Shown here: in pieces, positions 12,518 to 23,889 of the stretch
Position numbering within the stretch: position 1 is the stretch's first letter
How the letters are laid out: each line of letters starts with the position of its first letter
Source: Owenia fusiformis
Taxonomy: Eukaryota
DNA: 64,000 nucleotides
Direction: 5' to 3'
Assembly: GCA_903813345.2 (NCBI GenBank)
Contig: CAIIXF020000001.1
Span: 36,270,001-36,334,000 of the forward strand
Program-made: the position numbers and the translations under genes
The notes under the pieces: generated by a model
What the model saw: the letters and a program-made list of their open reading frames with translations, nothing else
What the model was told of the DNA's origin: nothing
The model's database searches: none

Positions 12518-13294
12518 CTTTGTGTTTTGAGTGGTCTCAGTGCTATTTATAGGGATGGAGACGGAGCATGGGTATCATAGGAGAGTGTGAGAGAGCGTTA
12601 GGAAGCTTGCCAAGCATAACAAAGCCTAACAAATTTAAATTGGTATTTAATACCATTTACATTTACCATTAAAGTTACATATATATATATATACATTAAT
12701 TGTATTTCTAAATCATCTGCTATCAATGCATAAGGTATTTTAGGAATGCTCATATTACGGATCTTGTCTCCCTAAATAACATTTGGAAAAAACAAACCTG
12801 TTATATATCCTGTATTGTAATACCCTCCATCACACATGTGAAATACTTCCTCCAAATCTATTGAAAGATGAATTACTTTTATTCAGAACATTGCACCTTT
12901 TTTGAAGTGCTACTTAAAGATTAACTCCCATATTTATAAAAACATTCTGCAATTAAGCAATTATCAAACATTTTCTCCACTCAGTTGGTTTGATAATATT
13001 TCGAGTTTTCTTGGAAAATTGATAACTAAATTGGTAAATATGTTTTGGAGCCATGCAGTTTTAGATATTATATCACTGCTTACATACACACCTAACGAAG
13101 CATTTGTATGGAAGTCAATGGAGCCGAAGGTCGGCTATATATTCCTGTATAGCTGCCAAACTTTTTACCATGACAATCTTATGACGTCATGTTTCATTTC
13201 TTCCAAATTTCACTTGCAAACAGACGTGTGACGTCATTGGTATAACGTAGCCATGGAAATAATGGTATGTAATACAACAATTATGTCTGTATCA

Positions 13295-13420
13295 TTATCC
13301 CATCGAACGAAGTTCGGAGGGATATAGGGAACGCCTTCGTCCATCCATCTATCTGTCCATCCATCCGGGCGATAACTCTAATACCGTTGGCCGCTCATTC
13401 AAAAATGGCGGCCATTTTAG
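13295..13420 (+). mobile_element. 5' part of HINE/Helentron-like family A
   Basis: TTATCCCATCGAACGAAGTTCGGAGGGATATAGG, a TCCA microsatellite and ATCCGGGCGATAACTC, collinear with the start of 49031..50023. Confidence 0.8.
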
Positions 13421-13818
13421 TGCCGATCTTACAGTAATTTAGGTGCAATATGTAAAACTGAAATAGCAATATGTTTTAAATGTAAAAAAATTATAGAGGA
13501 CATTAATAAAGCTAGAAATGTAGATATTAAAGAAGCACATGGCAGCCATCTTGAAAAATGGCGGCCTTTACTCGTTATTTTACGATTTTTGCTGTAACTT
13601 GAAAAGTAGTTGAGCTATTGTGTTCATATTTGGTATGTGAATACTATAAATATGGCACACTGTCTAATGGCACTTTTGAGAGAAGGTGACCATTTGAAAA
13701 TTATCTTATTTTTATGTTATAATTGAATCTCCTGTGAAGATATTGATATCTAACTCTTTGATAAATATGATATACCTCATAAAATTGGTCACGCCTTATG
13801 CATTTTTATTTTATACCT

Positions 13819-13955
13819 TTTTATGCCACCACGACATATTGTTATTGTCTCCAACTGTTTTATGGGTGGAGTTCAGCGGTTGCTGGATGGTGTTGAATGT
13901 CTGTTCCAATTAATTAAATGGCAGGTGGTGACATTTTGCAAGTTACATATACTGC
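13819..13955 (+). mobile_element. HINE/Helentron-like family B (copy 2)
   Basis: TTTTATGCCACCAC ... GTCTCCAACT ... AAATGGCAGGTGGTGACATTTTGCA, similar to 55..210 and 61759..62188. Confidence 0.45.
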
Positions 13956-14530
13956 TATGAATTTTCTAATTATTATCTGGTACTTATTGGTGTTTTCTCA
14001 TACACCCACATAATTGGGGGTTTCTAATTGTGTGTGTTTTATTGGAATCTCAAGTGGCAGAGTTATGAGGTGTCATCAAGCACTATCTCTGCTATATTGA
14101 AGTGGCTTATAGGCTATATAATATTCCAAGGTGGTGAAACTACTTGTTTCAGAAATTGATTTACTACATTATGTTCTCTGTATGCTGCAAAAATGGTATA
14201 GTCATACTTTTTCTATTTTTTTTCAAAATATGCTCATTTTCAATGATTATTCTCAGTTTCAAGAAGATGCAAATAGATCTTAAGCTTTTTCAAAGTCTCA
14301 AATGTGTATAACACCCCTTTTTTATCTCAATGCTTGGGTAAGGTATTTTGAGTTGAACTTGAATGTTAAAATGCTTCCTTTATTTTCTCATGGTGGACCT
14401 ACCTTTTGATATTTGTACGTGTATGGTATGAGTATATTTACATATTATAGGTATAATATATCATATGACATCTGGACAAAAACATTTGTTTTGCAGTCGT
14501 TAATGGTTAACCAGTACTTCACTCATTATA

Positions 14531-15146
14531 CAGGGTGGGCCAAAAAAACGCCACTTTTTTTTCAAGACACTACAACTTTTTTATTTTCCAACCTACATAC
14601 CCCAAATTTTGCAGTTGTATAGTGCCAAGGGTTCTTAGTAATAATATAATGTAACAAGTCCTTCAACTGGGATTATATTTGATCTAAAAGAGGAGTTCAA
14701 TTGGTCCGCCACCCTATTTGATGATAGATTTTAGTTTAAGTCGCCTTGCTGATATAGCAGTATTAATGACATGTTAGCTAAATATTTTTCAACCTGTCTT
14801 AATTGCCAGCTTTAGTTGATCAATTTTTTAGATTGGGTGCCTTCATACCATCTCCTGGAGACCTTCCTATACCCTATACTCACTGGGGTTTAAGCTCTAA
14901 GCTTAGCGCTCATCAGGCCGTATCAGTTCAGTAGATTTTGCAAATTATGCTTATTTCTCATGGCGCACCACATGTTTAAGTGAGACGCTCGTGACATATT
15001 TTATTCAAGTAAAAGTTTATAATTCATGATCCATGGCTAGATAACAACCTCAAGTTTCATTTGCTATGCAAATTATGATTTTGTATCAAAAATTAAAAAA
15101 GTTATAGCATTTTGAAAAAAAGTGGCGTTTTTTTTGGCCCACCCTG
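14531..15146 (-). mobile_element. Internally deleted Tc1/mariner-superfamily transposon
   Basis: TIR CAGGGTGGGCCAAAAAAACGCCACTTTTTTTCAA at both ends; TA on the left flank (right flank reads AA); transposase relic inside. Confidence 0.9.
14683..14893 (-). pseudogene. Tc1/mariner transposase C-terminal relic
   Basis: Manual translation LNPSEYRV*EGLQEMV*RHPI*KIDQLKLAIKTG*KIFS*HVINTAISARRLKLKSIIK*GGGPIELLFR fits the DLNP(I/L)(E/D)xxW ... GGHIE pattern; six stops, no frameshift. Confidence 0.8.
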
Positions 15147-16072
15147 AACATAAATATTATTGTATATATGAGATTCAACAAATTACACAGATATTCCAAT
15201 ACAATTTAATATTTTATTTTCAAAACAACAAAATATTTAACACCATGCTCAATTATGCATACAGAATAAAACCTTACTTTAAACAAAACTTTTGCACAAA
15301 GGGTTATAAATATATACTGTATGTAGATTCATTGAGATTTTTACCTACATTTTTTCATTTCATAAGCATGTTGCCAATCGACATTAACACATTTTAGCAT
15401 ATTGTCAAATATTTGAGACAATAAAATATATTGATAAATAATTTAACTATACAAAAATAAATAATATGGCATGCATTTTTGATTGATTACTTATTTCTGC
15501 TTAATTTCTAAATTCTTAATTTTATGTTATACCACATCGCATCATAATTTATAAGTTTGTTGATTGTTTGATAAAGTTAACATTGAAATAATTGTTTTCA
15601 GGAGTTAAAAGGATTCACACTGTTTTTTTCTAAATGTTGCCCTTCGTATGTTCTATTTCCTAATTAATGCATTTATGATAATGATCATTTTCTGCGATTG
15701 GTTTTCTGCATTTACCTCTGTTACAAATTGTCACACTTTTGTAACCATGTATAACTTACAATTTATGACAATTTTTCATAGTTCTGCAAAAATATTGGAG
15801 TTGTTCAGTATATGTCTTTAGCTTTAATACAAGGATTTCTGTACAGTCATTGCTACATATTCCATTCCTCATTCGTATATATGAATATATCTTCACTTTG
15901 TGACATGTTCTTCATTCTCATTTTTGTTGGATTTTGTAAAATTAAGCACAATAACACATAGGTGATTTCACCTTATAATCACAATAACAAACAAATTATC
16001 TCTTATAATCAAATAAATATGAAATCACCAAATCACTAAATTACTAAATCATGGCATCACAGGAGACCTTAA

Positions 16073-16412
16073 ATGCAGAATCAGATCTATAGGGGAGTAA
16101 TATTTTCCTTACAATGTCAAATATAATATCTCCCCTGATGTTTCATCAACTTGTGAAGTTATTTAAGGTTCAACGTGTAAAAAAGGGAGGGGGGGGGATT
16201 GTTTAAATTCACTAAAATAATAAAAATGGTAATCATATTTATAGACAAATGAATGCATGATTGTAAAAACCTTTAGTTTTCCTCAAATAAAGTTTACACT
16301 TTGGGTATTTTTAGAAAATAGACATACATATGACATGTATGACCACAACATATTCTAAAAATTTTGCCGATATAATTGTGATGATGAATGCTTGCTAGAT
16401 CTGATTCTTTCT
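16073..16412. mobile_element. Kolobok-like MITE (TTAA TSD)
   Basis: ACC-TTAA|ATGCAGAATCAGATCTA ... TAGATCTGATTCTTTCT|TTAA-GGT; purine-first termini flanked by TTAA. Confidence 0.65.
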
Positions 16413-17022
16413 TTAAGGTAGGTTAAGTAGAAAGAAACGTAACAAACTGAGAGATGCCTTACACATTGTTTAACATATTGATATTATTATTATTCACAAA
16501 CATGTTATTCTCGGGGGCAGTATCCACACCCGAATGAGTGTACCTTGAGTTTGAGCATCTCTTAGTACGATTGGGACATAAACACTTTATAGTATTTATG
16601 TCCTGATTATAACCTGAACTTAAGTATTCACAATAATTAGCATCATATTTTGCTCAGATACACACATATCATGTTTAATTAAAACATGTATTTGTTTCAA
16701 ACCTCTGCATTACTCAGGGCACCAATTAATAAAGGACAAGACCACAAAACACCTACCTACCTTGCCTACCTCTCATCAATCTAAATAAAACTTATGATAA
16801 ACTCAGATATTAACCAAATTATGTGATATTATACAGCAATAAAATAATTTTTCCTTATGCTGAGATATTATTGATATTATACAATGGTTATATACAATTA
16901 ATATCACTCTTCTCAAAGCATTTGATATTGATATTCTCTCAGTGATATCATTTATTCTGTTATTATGAAGCTTGAAAAAATCATTCATATAGACAAAATG
17001 AATTCCCTTTTGAAGCTCATAA

Positions 17023-17187
17023 AGGGGTATAAGTTTTATAAGTATATAGTTTTTTTCAATTTGAAACTTTTTACACTGCTTACTAAATGAGGAATTTTTT
17101 CAAGCTTATATAATTTCAGAAATTAAAGATTATGTCTTTTAAATATGTTTTAGATTAATTAAGATGAGAATGAGGTCTATAGCCCCT
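17023..17187. mobile_element. Possible degenerate Kolobok-like MITE
   Basis: ATAA|AGGGGTATAAG ... CTATAGCCCCT|TTAA; the TIR is short and imperfect. Confidence 0.3.
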
Positions 17188-17873
17188 TTAAGTACATGTG
17201 TGCCACTGTATGAACCCTTATGTATAAGGAGGACTACAATTTCAAAATACCTCCATCCCTTCTACACCGGGCAATTTGAAGAGAAACATTCCAACTCAAT
17301 GTTTTTACTGTACTAATACTATGATTGATTGTCATGTTATACATTTTCTTACTATTGGAATAGGAATGAAAGCTTTTTACAATTTTATATCTACAGTAAT
17401 TTCCTACCAGTCCCCGCTGGTGCTGTTTGTCTTCATGTTCGCTAACCCAGATAGCTCAAGATCTAAATTACAGTCTGTTCCACAGCCCATAAAATATACT
17501 TAAGGCTAGAGTCGGCCTATTCTCTGATAGCTATTCATCAGACTGTTGTAACTGATACAAAAATATAAAACTCGAACAGCTAAAAATCAGTGATTTTAAT
17601 TCAAAAGGAAAAATATTCCTCATAAAAACACCCTTTTAAATCTTGAGCTATCTGATGAACTTTTCTGTTAAGTCTGGATTTGAATATTTACAATTGAGTG
17701 GTATATACACTAAATATATTAAATTGATATATATTTTATATATGAAAACATGTAATTTTCAACCATCGAGATTCAGTGAGGTATATTCTCAGGGATCTGT
17801 ACACTATACTGAGATGCACTGTGCTAAAAGGCATCCTCAGGTCTAAGTATGTATTCCATAAAAGGGATATCTA

Positions 17874-17959
17874 CAGAGTGAGCAAAAAAATGCAACCTAC
17901 CTTCTATTGAATGTTTTTTTTATATAATCGATCAGTTGCAATCTTTTTTGCTGACCTTG
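17874..17959. mobile_element. Tiny Tc1-like MITE just downstream of the GPCR stop
   Basis: TA|CAGAGTGAGCAAAAAAATGCAAC ... GTTGCAATCTTTTTTGCTGACCTTG; imperfect TIRs of about 24 bp. Confidence 0.5.
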
Positions 17960-18083
17960 TGTATTTAAAATACCTTTTTGTACAATGTGTTTCAGTATTC
18001 ATTCATTTGGATTTTAAATAATAATGAGCTGATCACTGTTTTCATACATATGAAAATAAGTCAAGATCGTTCATTCATCTCTT

Positions 18084-19241
18084 TCAGACTTTCGATGAAC
18101 CAATCTGTGAGTGATTTCCATTAGCAATTCTGGATCTGCTTGGCTCTTTTATCCACTTTGTGTCCATGTCACATGTTGCTATGGCAGTATGATCATTTTG
18201 TTGATTGTAGTGTAAGCAGCATGGGCAATAATTTGATATTGCCTTTGAGAGACAGCACTGACTTGTAAATGTTGCCCATTCCGTGAACATTTCTGTCATA
18301 GCACGAACAAACCTCCTGTTAAACACGCAGTAGAATACAAAGTTCAAAGCTAGATTACATGTCACCAGCATGTTTGATATTAGTTTACACAGTCTGTATG
18401 GCTTTGAATAGTAGAAGTCGGTATACGTGCGTCCTTCACCAAAAAGTCCATGTGCGATGTGCTTGTTAAGAAAGATGGAGGGAGTGAAGCAAATGAGAAA
18501 CAGAACGACAATGCTGATAAGAGTGATGGTGAGCCTAATCTGATCCTGATTAGCTCTTGGGTCCTGGTTTACGGATGAGCGGAATCTTTGTTGTTTTCTC
18601 TTATGTATCGCCCATACAGAACTGACAAGGCATAAGTTCAAGCTTGCCAGAATGAGTATTGGAATGAGTTGGGTCACTGATATGGATATCCATGTGATTC
18701 CATAGTATAAGTTACTTTTCTCAAACTCAGTTGGAGCAAGAATGTATACATCTGTTTCATTTTTACTCACGAGTTGAGCATCCAGGCAGAACCATAGCGG
18801 GATGTTTATCACCAATGCAGCGAAGTATACAAGCGCTATGATGTGCCGAGCTGTCTTCTTGGTGCACACTCGTTTAGATGTGATTGGGTATTTGACGAAG
18901 ATAAATCGTTCAATGGTGAGAGCGACAGTAAGCCAGATGCTGGCTGTGGTGGTGACATTTGCCAGGGGGTAATACACCTTTGCATCAAATATCCTCCAAT
19001 CATAGTTTCCAATTCCATATTTCTGTGAAACTAGCGAGAAGATGACTGTTAATGCTAATGTGATAAGGTCTGATACGGCTAATCCGGTTAAGTAACAATA
19101 GGGGGAGTCGTTTAGAGTTTTCCTTCCTAGGACCATTAGATTCAACAAGTTGCCGACAATTCCCACGCCACAGATAATTGGTACAACATAGTTATTGCAG
19201 ATTTCTTCTACTAGAGCTAGTCCATTTTGTTCTTCAGCCAT
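18084..19241 (-). CDS. Intronless rhodopsin-like (class A) GPCR, FMRFamide/sex-peptide receptor-like (srw-type) orphan receptor, 385 aa
   Basis: Seven hydrophobic segments with class A motifs: GIVGN (TM1), LAVSD (TM2), SIWLTVALTIERF..VKYP (TM3), P in TM5 (QLIP), FLICFTP (TM6), NLALNFVFY..NRRF (TM7/helix 8), Cys-rich tail. Confidence 0.96.
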   Translation of the reverse strand: MAEEQNGLALVEEICNNYVVPIICGVGIVGNLLNLMVLGRKTLNDSPYCYLTGLAVSDLITLALTVIFSLVSQKYGIGNYDWRIFDAKVYYPLANVTTTASIWLTVALTIERFIFVKYPITSKRVCTKKTARHIIALVYFAALVINIPLWFCLDAQLVSKNETDVYILAPTEFEKSNLYYGITWISISVTQLIPILILASLNLCLVSSVWAIHKRKQQRFRSSVNQDPRANQDQIRLTITLISIVVLFLICFTPSIFLNKHIAHGLFGEGRTYTDFYYSKPYRLCKLISNMLVTCNLALNFVFYCVFNRRFVRAMTEMFTEWATFTSQCCLSKAISNYCPCCLHYNQQNDHTAIATCDMDTKWIKEPSRSRIANGNHSQIGSSKV

Positions 19242-19268
19242 TTTAATATGTATTTGTATTGATTGATT

Positions 19269-19337
19269 TTATTTGACAGTAGATATGTGCTTCATGTTTA
19301 TTTGTTGTTCCTCTTTGATGCTATCACAAAGTTCCAT
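19269..19337 (-). promoter_or_regulatory. In-frame upstream ORF (22 aa) or interrupted N-terminal extension of the GPCR
   Basis: ATG at 19337 is 96 nt upstream of and in frame with the GPCR ATG: MELCDSIKEEQQINMKHISTVK*NQSIQIHIK-MAEEQ; preceded by TTTCAG (possible splice acceptor). Confidence 0.55.
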
Positions 19338-21402
19338 CTGAAACCACTTAACAGAAGTTACAAATGAATAGTAAGATTTGTTTAAATATTCTTTTGCTAA
19401 ATGTGATATCTAATTCTACTGATTTGTCCTTAAATGTTTACTTTCACTTGTGATTCACGAGGATTTGATTTGAAGTGTTTTCTTTATGTTGGACTCGGTG
19501 TTCGTTGAAATTGATTCTTTACTTAATTTCTCTACAGCTGACAATTCATTCTACATTTCCTGTTAGAAATACTCCACAGAATTATCGTGAATAGAAAACT
19601 TCAATTAATTCATGAATCTAGTTTCGTAGGAGCAAAGGTATATTTGAACTCTATCTATCACACTTTTAACCACTTTGATAAATAAAAATAATCACCTTTA
19701 ATGAAAGCCAAGCTTCAACAGTTCATACCTAACAGTCTGATCTTTATCTCATCTATTTGTATCCTACTTTCCATGAAACAGAATCATAAATAGTTTGGTA
19801 ATTTGTTCAATATGTGTCTATTATTTTTCCTTCGAATATACTCTATGATTCTTCTATGATAGTTTTATATTTATGTTGTTTCCTCACGCCCCACTGTGCA
19901 TTGCTAATCTCCGATAGCATTCACTCATGGAGCTTATTTCCCGAAGCTTCGTAGTACTTAGTCTTAAAATACTCACTACGAAGAATCCAACACGTAAAGT
20001 TGCTTTATCTCAGAGATAATGCCCTGTTAAATAGTCATAACATTTATTCATCTGACAATTGTTGTCTTCTTATTACACTTTATGACTCTATTGTTGATCG
20101 TTTATGGGTTTGTAAGATTATTTGTGCAAGGTTAACTGTCAGGGGTTAGCTCTGGTTTGTAAATAAAGACCAGAATTGACTGCTTGGGTGTTATCTGATG
20201 CCGTATTGACAATTAATTGACAGTCAGTGAGTGTAAAAAAACTTAGTGCACTCTATGCTTACCAGTGCCAGTGAAACTTAATCTCTGAACAATTTTAATT
20301 TATCATTTAATCCAATCTTTAGTTTCTCCTTTATTTTCCGGGTTGAATTTTAATAGTGCTATGCCCTTATTTAGCATTGAAACTTTCTATAGACCGGATC
20401 TGAAGATATTTACAGCCCTAACTTTGACAGTTCTATGTGTTACTGCTCCCTTATGGGCGTCACAGTCTTGATGTTGTTCATATCGACAGTTGTAGGTATT
20501 AGATATCTGTCTTTTAGTCTCTATGGTCCTCTAATGTTCATGTCAATTTGACATTAACAAACTCTATTAAGAAAAAGTCTAAAGAGCTTGTTGATAAGTC
20601 AATAATATGTCAATAGTGAATATTTTATCAGCAGGTTTCCTAATTCTATCATCTCATGGGTCTTCAACTTGTCCAGTTAAATATTCAGTGGTTTCTTTAA
20701 CTTCTATGAACTTGTTAGTTGTCTTTAGAGTTTGTTTGATCTAGTCCTGTGCTTTATTCCAATTGCTTCTGAACATTGGAGCCTCTTTCACCTGGTGGTT
20801 ATGTTTTCTCTTAGATTTACTGCTTCATATACCAGCTATTCTGAAAGTAAATACAGATTCATTTATAAATTGCTTCCATTAACTGATAACCTCATTAGTA
20901 AGATTATGAGGGAAATATAATATGGCTTTAGTTCAACTGCTATTGAAGTCCGTTCAATAACAAACATGTTTATGGACATAAGTAGAGAAATGTTGGCTTT
21001 TAACCCTTTCGTGCCTTGGAATTAATGAAGGAGATTTCAATCAATGGATGACATCTTAGCGCTTGGTTCAATTTGCATGCAATAACACATACATAACAAA
21101 ATTTCAAAAACACAATGTATATTAATCGTAGATGAAACAACTTAATGATTGGATTGATGTATTAGATGTTTTATTGGAGCATTTTTGGTTTAGTATTATC
21201 AACCGTAAATATCATTTGTTCATATTATCCAAAATAACAGGTGGGTGTAAAGAGCCAAGTCTTAACCTGTTTTGAAACTAATAGAAACTGCTATTTGTGT
21301 CTGTGACATTAGGGATAAATTAACACACATTCATAGAAATTCCCGACAATTAGCAAAGAATTATCAAGAGTTTTAAATATGGTACATTTAAAAGGAGGGT
21401 TA

Positions 21403-23889
21403 CCCTTATAAAAAATTCAACCTTGAAAGTCCGAATTTAAACCGTTGCACAATCATTGTACAATCATTGATCCGATCATTTATGCAACCATGCCAACCGT
21501 TACGATGCAACCATTACAATATTGGTTGTAAACTCATTGAAAATGTTTCAATCATATGTAACCATTGTAAACGCTTGACAATTTTGGTTGCATTTCTTGC
21601 AACCATTTCAATCGAATGCAACCCTTTAATACTATGGCAATATTATCTCAATACAACATAAAATAATTATCTTGCCCTTTAAAAAATATATTTCAAATGT
21701 ATGTATTTCATGCATACATGTCAGAATTAAAATGGTTTGATTAAAGTACTGAAATAGTTTAGTAAACTTGTCTTGTGAATGAAAATATATTGAACCTAAC
21801 TTAAATCCCCTCGCTGTCATGACTATCATTTTTACAAAATCCCTTCAAAACTTTATAAGTTATTGCAAAAACATTTGACATTTTTTTGCTTGGGTCAAGT
21901 CTTGGAATTTACACTTCACCTTCTAATCATCACAATTATAAAGGAAGGAAGATGTGTCTGGAAGTAAGAAATCCTTCAATCGGAAAATAATCTGTTTATT
22001 GATTTGATATTTTAGATTTGATAGAGAAAATGCAATCAGACATTACAGGATGTGTTTTAGATAATTAAGTCAATAAACATAACTTAAAAAACTCTGATTA
22101 CAGTTAGACTCAGTCTCAGGATGTGTCTAAAGAAACTTTATTAATCCATTAATCCATAAACAAAACAAAAATAATTTGGCAAAGCAAAACAAACCTTATT
22201 ACAGAGAGACTCTCAGTTTGATTAGTCTGCTATAAAGGGAGCATCCTATGTAATTTAATTATTTCATACACAGAACTTGATAAATAATTTGCCAAAGAAA
22301 ATCTTTTTTCCTCCAGATTTTTCAAAGTTTAGAGTTTTGAAAAATAAGCCCTGTTTTTGGTTTTTATTTTTTAATCATTAACACTTATTATTTAAACTGA
22401 AAACACTTTTCAGTACAAATGCTCTGCCCTAGTGAATACAGTAAAACCATGGACTTTCAATCTATTCAATGCCCATGGTAAAACAAACTAAATAATAAAA
22501 ATGAAATGCTATTTGAGATTTCTCAGCACTTATTGAAGTATATGAATAAAGAAATAAACCCTCAAAAATCTAAAAACACTTTTTTTACTACCCCCCCCCC
22601 CCCCTCTGCATGAAATAGAGAATAAAACTAAATATATAGTAATAGAGTATAACACAAGATGAAAATAGATATAACAGAAACTAGGACTATGAACCCTTTT
22701 TCTGGTCAAGCATTTTAATTAGCCGTTCAACCGTTTTGATTAGCTGTTCAACCGTTTTAATTAGCTGTTCAACCGTTTTAATTAGCTGTTCAACCGTTTT
22801 AATTGGCTGTTCAAGCATTTTGATTTGCCTAAACCCATGAGAATATCAATATGTAGTAGGTATTGTTGTGTTGAGCATTGTTATAAAAAATATTTGCCAA
22901 GAAAGAACATGGTAATTAAATCTGTTGTGAATAATGTGTTTCACACATAATATACAGTCAATATCAAAATAGTTCTCTTGTTTGTATTTTTCAAATTTTA
23001 GTGAGTCAGATGTTTTCCAATTGAAACTGTAAAAATTAAGTCTTTGCTGCCTGAATGCATTATTACTTGTGATTACATATGTTTGCATTATTTTGTACAT
23101 CATATCCTGCTTCTTTTGATCATATATCAGTCTGATCATGAACAAAAACCATTGTGTCTCATCTTGTGATTTTGTTAAGTTTAAAGGAAATCTTAAGATT
23201 TTCCTTGGTCAATTTTTTAACAAAATTGGAATTTTGCTAAATTCTTTTCATAATTAACATTAAAGATACATCATTTTGGCAATATCAGATAAAGGGAAAT
23301 AAACACTAGATATGGTACTTTTAATTGTGTTATTAATGTAAATGACAGGGAACATAAATTATCATATGCCATTGAGTGGAAAACTAGTCTGGTATCGCAT
23401 TCCTAAATCCGTACTGGAGAAAGAAACATATGAACATGAATTTAGTAATTTACTATAATAAACCTGCATGTATGCTTGCAGAAAAAATATCCTAATATAC
23501 TGTTGTTGAATAGAGGTAGATTCAAATCTTTACTTAAAGATAATCTTAATTCAGGTAAAATGATTATTTTTTTGGAATGATACTAATTCAGGATGGTTGC
23601 AGGGGTTGAACTATGTAATCATTGAACAAAACATATTGCAACCATTTACATTTCAATGTGAAATGGTTGCAGTTTACAATGGCTGCAGATTACAATGATT
23701 GTATAGAAATGGTTGCGCAGTCGTTGAAAAAGAGTTGAATTTGCTTGGTTGAATGCAATGGTTGCACAATGATTGCTTATCATCGTACAATGGTTTTTCC
23801 TTTGATCTTGGTAGTTGAAACAATCATTATTCAATGATTGATGGAAACGGTTTAAATTCGGACTTTCAAGGTTGAATTTTTTATAAGGG
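21403..23889. mobile_element. 2.5-kb non-autonomous TIR element, CCC...GGG termini, TA on both flanks (CMC/EnSpm-like)
   Basis: Perfect 44-bp TIR CCCTTATAAAAAATTCAACCTTGAAAGTCCGAATTTAAACCGTT; 200-300 bp of subterminal CAACCATTG-like repeats at each end; no internal transposase ORF. Confidence 0.85.
22707..22828. repeat. 21-bp tandem repeat, about 6 copies
   Basis: TCAACCGTTTTAATTAGCTGT units. Confidence 0.95.
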
